Translations under genes and position numbers: made by a program
The notes under the pieces: generated by a model
The model's input: the letters and a program-made list of their open reading frames with translations, nothing else
Told to the model about the DNA's origin: nothing
Database searches by the model: none
Shown: positions 55,100 through 64,000 of the stretch, in pieces
Layout of the letters: the number at the start of each line of letters is the position of its first letter
Position numbering within the stretch: position 1 is the stretch's first letter
From: Eledone cirrhosa
Taxonomy: Eukaryota
Direction of reading: 5' to 3'
DNA: 64,000 bases
Assembly: GCA_964016885.1 (NCBI GenBank)
Contig: OZ024742.1
Location: 1,984,001 to 2,048,000 of the forward strand

Positions 55100-58000
55100 A
55101 CTTGGTAGGTTGAACTTTTAGAAATAGCAGTCAAATACCCACATTTACAACAGCTTCTTCCTCTAGTACAAACTACCTGGTAGGTTGATCTTTTAGAAAT
55201 AGCAGTCATATGCACACATTTACAACAGCTTCTTCTTGTACCAAGAACTACCTGGTGGCTTGATGTTTTAGAAATAGCAGTCAAATACCCACATTTACAA
55301 CAGCTTCATCCTGTACCATGAACTACCTGGTAGGTTGATCTTTTAGAAATGGCAGTCAAATACCCACATTTACAACAGCTTCTTCCTGTACCAAGAACTA
55401 CCTGGTAGATTGATCTTTTAGAAATAGCAGTCAAATACCCACATTTACAACAGCTTCTTCTTGAACCAAGAACTAGCTGGTAGGTTGATCTTTTAGAAAT
55501 AGCAGTCAAATACCCACATTTACAACAGCTTCTTCTTGTACCAAGAACTAGCTGGTAGGTTGATCTTTTAGACATAGCAGTCAAATACCCACATTTACAA
55601 CAGCTTCGTAGTGTACCAAGAACTAGCTGGTAGGTTGATCTTTTAGAAATAGCAGTCAAATACCCAGATTTACAAGAGCTTCTTCCTGTACCAAGAACTA
55701 CCTTGTAGGTTGATCTTTTAGAAATAGCAGTCAAATACCCACATTTACAACAGCTTCGTTCTGTAGTACAAACCACCTGGTAGGTTGATCTTTTAGAAAT
55801 AGCAGTCAAATACCCACATTTACAACAGCTTCTTCTTGTACCAAGAACTAGCAGGTAGGTTGATCTTTTAGAAATAGCAGTCAAATACCCACATTTACAA
55901 CAGCTTCTTCCTGTACCAAGAACTAGCCGGTAGGTTGATCTTTTAGAAATAGCAGTCAAATACCCACATTTACAACAGCTTCTTCCTGTAGCAAGAACTA
56001 CCTGGTAGGTTGATGTTTTAGAAATAGCAGTCAAATACCCACATTTACAACAGCTACTTCTTGTACCAAGAACCACCTGGTAGGTTGATCTTTTAGAAAT
56101 AGCAGTCAAATACCCACATTTACAACAGCTTCTTCCTGTAGCATGAACTACCTGGTACGTTGATCTTTTAGAAATAGCAGTCAAATACCCACATTTACAA
56201 CAGCTTCTTCCTGTAGCATGAACTACCTGGTAGGTTGATCTTTTAGAAATAGCAGTCAAATACCCACATTTACAACAGCTTCTTCCTGTAGCATGAACTA
56301 CCTGGTACGTTGATCTTTTAGAAATAGCAGTCAAATACCCACATTTACAACAGCTTCTTCCTGTAGCATGAACTACCTGGTACGTTGATCTTTTAGAAAT
56401 AGCAGTCAAATACCCACATTTACAACAGCTTCTTCCTGTAGCATGAACTACCTGGTACGTTGATCTTTTAGAAATAGCAGTCAAATACCCACATTTACAA
56501 CAGCTTCTTCCTGTAGCATGAACTAGCTGGTTGGTTGATCTTTTAGAAATAGCAGTCAAATACCCACATTTACAACAGCTTCTTCCTGTACCAAGAACTA
56601 CCTGGTAGGTTGATCTTTTAGATATAGCAGTCAAATACTCACATTTACAACAGCTTCTTCCTGTACCAAGAACTAGCTGGTAGGTTGTTTTTTTTTTAAA
56701 TAGCAGTCAAATACTCACATTTACAACAGCTTCTTCTTGTACCAAGAACTAGCTGGTAGGTTGATCTTTTAGAAATAGCAGTCAAATACCCACATTTACA
56801 ACAGCTTCTTCCTGTACCAAGAACTAGCTGGTAGGTTGATCTTTTTGAAATAGCAGTCAAATACCCACATTTACAAGAGCTTCTTCCTGTACCAAGAACT
56901 ACCTGGTAGGTTGATGTCTTAGAAATAGCAGTCAAATACCCACATTTACAACAGCTTCTTCTTGTACCAAGAACTAGCTGGTTGGTTGATATTTTAGAAA
57001 TAGCAGTCAAATACCCACATTTACAACAGCTTCTTCCAGTACCAAGAACTAGCTGGTAGGTTCATCTTTTAGAAATAGCAGTCAAATACCCACATTTACA
57101 ACAGCTTCTTCCTGTACCAAGAACTAGCTGGTAGGTTCATCTTTTAGAAATAGCAGTCAAATACCCACATTTACAACAGCTTCTTCCAGGACCAAGAACT
57201 AGCTGGTAGGTTCATCTTTTAGAAATAGCAGTGAAATACCCACATTTACAACAGCTTCTTCCAGTACCAAGAACTAGCTGGTAGGTTCATCTTTTAGAAA
57301 TAGCAGTCAAATACCCACATTTACAACAGCTTCTTCCAGTACCAAGAACTAGCTGGTAGGTTCATCTTTTAGAAATAGCAGTCAAATACCCACATTTACA
57401 ACAGCTTCTTGTACCAAGAACTAGCTGGTAGGTTGATCTTTTAGAAATAGCAGTCAAATACCCACATTTACAACAGCTTCTTCTTGTACCAAGAACTAGC
57501 TGGTAGGTTGATCTTTTAGAAATAGCAGTCAAATACCCACATTTACAACAGCTTCTTCCAGTACCAAGAACTAGCTGGTAGGTTCATCTTTTAGAAATAG
57601 CAGTCAAATACCCACATTTACAACAGCTTCTTCCTGTACCAAGAACTAGCTGGTAGGTTCATCTTTTAGAAATAGCAGTCAAATACCCACATTTACAACA
57701 GCTTCTTCCAGTACCAAGAACTAGCTGGTAGCTTCATCTTTTAGAAATAGCAGTCAAATACCCACATTTACAACAGCTTCTTCCAGTACCAAGAACTAGC
57801 TGGTAGGTTCATCTTTTAGAAATAGCAGTCAAATACCCACATTTACAACAGCTTCTTCCAGTACCAAGAACTACCTGGTAGGTTGAACTTTTAGAAATAG
57901 CAGTCAAATACCCACATTTACAACAGCTTCTTCCTCTAGTACAAACTAACTGGTAGGTTGATCTTTTAGAAATAGCAGTCATATGCACACATTTACAACA

Positions 58001-61000
58001 GCTTCTTCTTGTACCAAGAACTACCTGGTAGGTTGATGTTTTAGAAATAGCAGTCAAATACCCACATTTACAACAGCTTCATCCTGTACCATGAACTACC
58101 TGGTAGGTTGATCTTTTAGAAATGGCAGTCAAATACCCACATTTACAACAGCTTCTTCCTGTACCAAGAACTACCTGGTAGATTGATCTTTTAGAAATAG
58201 CAGTCAAATACCCACATTTACAACAGCTTCTTCTTGTACCAAGAACTAGCTGGTAGGTTGATCTTTTAGAAATAGCAGTCAAATACCCACATTTACAACA
58301 GCTTCTTCTTGTACCAAGAACTAGCTGGTAGGTTGATCTTTTAGACATAGCAGTCAAATACCCACATTTACAACAGCTTCTTACTGTACCAAGAACTAGC
58401 TGGTAGGTTGATCTTTTAGAAATAGCAGTCAAATACCCAGATTTACAAGAGCTTCTTCCTGTACCAAGAACTACCTGGTAGGTTCATCTTTTAGAAATAG
58501 CAGTCAAATACCCACACTTACAACAGCTTCTTCCTGTACCAAGAACTAGCTGGTAGGTTGATCTTTTAGAAATAGCAGTCAAATACCCACATTTACTACA
58601 GCTTCTTCTTGTACCAAGAACTAGCAGGTAGGTTGATCTTTTAGAAATAGCAGTCAAATACCCACATTTACAACAGCTTCTTCCTGTACCAAGAACTAGC
58701 CGGTAGGTTGATCTTTTAGAAATAGCAGTCAAATACCCACATTTACAACAGCTTATTCCTGTAGCAAGAACTACCTGGTAGGTTGATGTTTTAGAAATAG
58801 CAGTCAAATACCCACATTTACAACAGCATCTTCTTGTACCAAGAACCACCTGGTAGGTTGATCTTTTAGAAATAGCAGTCAAATACCCACATTTACAACA
58901 GCTTCTTCCTGTAGCATGAACTACCTGGTACGTTGATCTTTTAGAAATAGCAGTCAAATACCCACATTTACAACAGCTTCTTCCTGTAGCATGAACTACC
59001 TGGTAGGTTGATCTTTTAGAAATAGCAGTCAAATACCCACATTTACAACAGCTTCTTCCTGTAGCATGAACTACCTGGAACGTTGATCTTTTAGAAATAG
59101 CAGTCAAATACCCACATTTACAACAGCTTCTTCCTGTAGCATGAACTACCTGGTACGTTGATCTTTTAGAAATAGCAGTCAAATATCCACATTTACAACA
59201 GCTTCTTCCTGTAGCATGAACTACCTGGTACGTTGATCTTTTAGAAATAGCAGTCAAATACCCACATTTATAACAGCTTCTTCCTGTAGCATGAACTAGC
59301 TGGTTGGTTGATCTTTTAGAAATAGCAGTCATATGCACACATTTACAACAGCTTCTTCTTGTACCAAGAACTACCTGGTAGGTTGATGTTTTAGAAATAG
59401 CAGTCAAATACCCACATTTACAACAGCTTCTTCTTGTACCAAGAACCACCTGGTAGGTTGATCTTTTAGAAATAGCAGTCAAATACCCACATTTACAACA
59501 GCTTCTTCCTGTAGCATGAACTACCTGGTACGTTGATCTTTTAGAAATAGCAGTCAAATACCCACATTTACAACAGCTTCTTCCTGTAGCATGAACTACC
59601 TGGTAGGTTGATCTTTTAGAAATAGCAGTCAAATACCCACATTTACAACAGCTTCTTCCTGTAGCATGAACTACCTGGTACGTTGATCTTTTAGAAATAG
59701 CAGTCAAATACCCACATTTACAACAGCTTCTTCCTGTAGCATGAACTACCTGGTACGTTGATCTTTTAGAAATAGCAGTCAAATATCCACATTTACAACA
59801 GCTTCTTCCTGTAGCATGAACTACCTAGTACGTTGATCTTTTAGAAATAGCAGTCAAATACCCACATTTACAACAGCTTCTTCCTGTAGCATGAACTAGC
59901 TGGTTGGTTGATCTTTTAGAAATAGCAGTCAAATACCCACATTTACAACAGCTTCTTCTTGTACCAAGAACTAGCTGGTAGGTTGTTTTTTTTTTAAATA
60001 GCAGTCAAATACTCACATTTACAACAGCTTCTTCTTGTACCAAGAACTAGCTGGTAGGTTGATCTTTTAGAAATAGCAGTCAAATACCCACATTTACAAC
60101 AGATTCTTCCTGTACCAAGAACTAGCTGGTAGGTTGATCTTTTTGAAATAGCAGTCAAATACCCACATTTACAACAGCTTCTTCCTGTACCAAGAACTAC
60201 CTGGTAGGTTGATGTCTTAGAAATAGCAGTCAAATACCCACATTTACAACAGCTTCTTCTTGTACCAAGAACTAGCTGGTAGGTTGATCTTTTAGAAATA
60301 GCAGTCAAATACCCACATTTACAACAGCTTCTTCCTGTACCAAGAACTAGCTGGTAGGTTGATCTTTTAGAAATAGCAGTCAAATACCCACATTTACAAC
60401 AGCTTCTTCCAGTACCAAGAACTAGCTGGTAGGTTCATCTTTTAGAAATAGCAGTCAAATACCCACATTTACAACAGCTTCTTCCAGTACCAAGAACTAG
60501 CTGGTAGGTTCATCTTTTAGAAATAGCAGTCAAATACCCACATTTACAACAGCTTCTTCCAGTACCAAGAACTAGCTGGTAGGTTCATCTTTTAGAAATA
60601 GCAGTCAAATACCCACATTTACAACAGCTTCTTGTACCAAGAAATAGCTGGTAGGTTCATCTTTTAGAAATAGCAGTCAAATACCCACATTTACAACAGC
60701 TTCTTCTTGTACCAAGAACTAGCTGGTAGGTTGATCTTTTAGAAATAGCAGTCAAATACCCACATTTACAACAGCTTCTTCCAGTACCAAGAACTAGCTG
60801 GTAGGTTCATCTTTTAGAAATAGCAGTCAAATACCCACATTTACAACAGCTTCTTCCTGTACCAAGAACTAGCTGGTAGGTTCATCTTTTAGAAATAGCA
60901 GTCAAATACCCACATTTACAACAGCTTCTTCCAGTACCAAGAACTAGCTGGTAGGTTCATCTTTTAGAAATAGCAGTCAAATACCCACATTTACAACAGC

Positions 61001-64000
61001 TTCTTCCAGTACCAAGAACTAGCTGGTAGGTTCATCTTTTAGAAATAGCAGTCAAATACCCACATTTACAACAGCTTCTTCCAGTACCAAGAACTAGCTG
61101 GTAGGTTCATCTTTTAGAAGTAGCAGTCAAATACCCACATTTACAACAGCTTCGTTCTGTAGTACAAACCACCTGGTAGGTTGATCTTTTAGAAATAGCA
61201 GTCAAATACCCACATCTACAACAACTTCTTCCTGAACCATGAACTACCTGGTAGGTTGATCTTTTAGAAATGGCAGTCAAATACCCACATTTACAACAGC
61301 TTCTTCCTGTACCAAGAACTAGCTTGTTGGTTGATCTTTTAGAAATAGCAGTCAAATACCCACATTTACAACAGCTTCTTCCTGTACCATGAACTACCTG
61401 GTAGGTTGATGTTTTAGAAATAGCAGTCAAATACCCACATTTACAACAGCTTCGTTCTGTAGTACAAACCACCTGGTAGGTTGATCTTTTAGAAATAGCA
61501 GTCAAATACCAACATTTACAACAACTTCTTCCTGAACCATGAACTACCTGGTAGGTTGATCTTTTAGAAATAGCAGTCAAATACCCACATTTACAACAGC
61601 TTCTTCCTGTACCAAGAACTAGCTGGTTGGTTGATCTTTTAGATATAGCAGTCAAATACTCACATTTACAACAGCTTCTTCTTGTACCAAGAACTAGCTG
61701 GTAGGTTTTTTTTTTTTTAAATAGCAGTCAAATACTCACATTTACAACAGCTTCTTCTTGTACCAAGAACTAGCTGGTAGGTTGAACTTTTAGAAATAGC
61801 AGTCAAATACCCACATTTACAACAGATTCTTCCTGTACCAAGAACTAGCTGGTAGGTTGATCTTTTTGAAATAGCAGTCAAATACCCACATTTACAACAG
61901 CTTCTTCCTGTACCAAGAACTAGCTGGTAGGTTGATCTTTTAGAAATAGCAGTCAAATACCCACATTTACAACAGCTTCTTCTTGTACCAAGAACTAGCT
62001 GGTAGGTTGATCTTTTAGAAATAGCAGTCAAATACCCACATTTACAAGAGCTTCTTCCTGTACCAAGAACTACCTGGTAGGTTGATGTCTTAGAAATAGC
62101 AGTCAAATACCCACATTTACAACAGCTTCTTCTTGTACCAAGAACTAGCTGGTAGGTTGATCTTTTAGAAATAGCAGTCAAATACCCACATTTACAACAG
62201 CTTCTTCCCGTACCAAGAACTAGCTGGTAGGTTGATCTTTTAGAAATAGCAGTCAAATACCCACATTTACAACAGCTTCTTCCAGTACCAAGAACTAGCT
62301 GGTAGGTTCATCTTTTAGAAATAGCAGTCAAATACCCACATTTACAACAGCTTCTTCCTGTACCAAGAACTAGCTGGTAGGTTCATCTTTTAGAAATAGC
62401 AGTCAAATACCCACATTTACAACAGCTTCTTCCAGTACCAAGAACTAGCTGGTAGGTTCATCTTTTAGAAATAGCAGTCAAATACCCACATTTACAACAG
62501 CTTCTTCCAGTACCAAGAACTAGCTGGTAGGTTCATCTTTTAGAAATAGCAGTCAAATACCCACATTTACAACAGCTTCTTCCAGTACCAAGAACTAGCT
62601 GGTAGGTTCATCTTTTAGAAATAGCAGTCAAATACCCACATTTACAACAGCTTCTTGTACCAAGAAATAGCTGGTAGGTTCATCTTTTAGAAATAGCAGT
62701 CAAATACCCACATTTACAACAGCTTCTTCTTGTACCAAGAACTAGCTGGTAGGTTGATCTTTTAGAAATAGCAGTCAAATACCCACATTTACAACAGCTT
62801 CTTCCAGTACCAAGAACTAGCTGGTAGGTTCATCTTTTAGAAATAGCAGTCAAATACCCACATTTACAACAGCTTCTTCCTGTACCAAGAACTAGCTGGT
62901 AGGTTCATCTTTTAGAAATAGCAGTCCAATACCCACATTTACAACAGCTTCTTCCAGTACCAAGAACTAGCTGGTAGGTTCATCTTTTAGAAGTAGCAGT
63001 CAAATACCCACATTTACAACAGCTTCGTTCTGTAGTACAAACCACCTGGTAGGTTGATCTTTTAGAAATAGCAGTCAAATACCCACATCTACAACAACTT
63101 CTTCCTGAACCATGAACTACCTGGTAGGTTGATCTTTTAGAAATGGCAGTCAAATACCCACATTTACAACAGCTTCTTCCTGTACCAAGAACTAGCTTGT
63201 TGGTTGATCTTTTAGAAATAGCAGTCAAATACCCACATTTACAACAGCTTCTTCCTGTACCATGAACTACCTGGTAGGTTGATGTTTTAGAAATAGCAGT
63301 CAAATACCCACATTTACAACAGCTTCGTTCTGTAGTACAAACCACCTGGTAGGTTGATCTTTTAGAAATAGCAGTCAAATACCAACATTTACAACAACTT
63401 CTACCTGAACCATGAACTACCTGGTAGGTTGATCTTTTAGAAATAGCAGTCAAATACCCACATTTACAACAGCTTCTTCCTGTACCAAGAACTAGCTGGT
63501 AGGTTGATCTTTTAGAAATAGCAGTCAAATACCCACATTTACAACAGCTTCTTCCTGTACCAAGAACTACCTGGTAGGTTGATATTTTAGAAATAGCAGT
63601 CAAATACCCACATTTACAACAGCTTCTTCCTGTACCCAGAACTACCTGGTAGGTTGATCTTTTAGAAATAGCAGTCAAATACCCACATTTACAACAGCTT
63701 CTTCTTGTACCAAGAACCACCTGGTAGGTTGATCTTTTAGAAATAGCAGTCAAATACCCACATTTACAACAGCTTCTTCCTGTACCAAGAACTAGCTGGT
63801 AGGTTGATCTTTTAGAAATAGCAGTCAAATACCCAGATTTACAACAGCTTCTTCCTGTACCAAGAACCACCTTGTAGGTTGATCTTTTAGAAATAGCAGT
63901 CAAATACCCACATTTACAACAGCTTCTTCTAGTACCAAGAACTAGCTGGTAGGTTGATCTTTTAGAAATAGCAGTCAAATACCCACATTTACAACAGCTT
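55100..64000. repeat. Distal satellite variant domain with 1.7-3.3 kb duplications
   Basis: Local markers: tcatatgcacac (~55206, 57979, 59329), T-run monomers (56688, 59986, 61706) and ccagtacc/ttcatc tracts. gaagtagc, cacatctac and accaacatt recur at +1873 (61.1/63.0 kb). Confidence 0.85.

Larger units (their letters stand above)
7186..64000. repeat. 75-bp tandem satellite array, right segment (~757 monomers; continues beyond window end)
   Basis: Continuous 75-bp periodicity in the same orientation as the left segment. Monomers usually differ from consensus by a few substitutions, with occasional 1-bp and 3-bp deletions. No inversion or unique sequence seen. Confidence 0.99.

Noticed and set aside
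2755-63978. Dozens of long Cys-rich minus-strand ORFs as genes (metallothionein-like, keratin-associated-like or zinc-finger-like)
   Set aside because: They are translations of the 75-bp satellite. Most start at TTG, variation shows no synonymous bias, and stops and frameshifts are freely amplified.
1-64000. CRISPR array or other repeat-spacer system associated with an RT
   Set aside because: There are no unique spacers; whole monomers are near-identical. No cas genes are present, and the RT is a eukaryotic APE-type LINE ORF2.
1-64000. Tandem tRNA, 5S or snRNA gene array (75 bp is tRNA-sized)
   Set aside because: No cloverleaf, GTTCRA B-box or other recognisable structural RNA motif was found on either strand.

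Overview
Eukaryotic, probably metazoan, DNA. About 95% of the window is one head-to-tail array of a 75-bp satellite: roughly 810-815 monomers, ~39% GC, + strand consensus GTCAAATACCCACATTTACAACAGCTTCTTCCTGTACCAAGAACTA(G/C)CTGGTAGGTTGATCTTTTAGAAATAGCA. The array runs off both window ends and is organised into local variant domains and nested 0.6-4 kb duplications. The only non-satellite sequence is a 2.9-kb, 5'-truncated CR1-group non-LTR retrotransposon (4249-7185, minus strand). It has an uninterrupted APE-endonuclease + RT ORF2, a 3' stem-loop, an (ATT/ATTAT)n tail and a 5-bp target-site duplication GTCAA. The many long Cys-rich ORFs in the track come from the one stop-free frame of the monomer and are not supported as genes. 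The most notable points are an ORF2 with no usable AUG directly behind an in-frame TAG, an apparent empty-site paralog of the insertion at ~14.9 kb, CpG-type changes at two conserved RT residues, and dyad symmetry in the monomer with hairpin-perfecting variants. I found no convincing evidence for a new multi-gene system. All alignments were done by eye.
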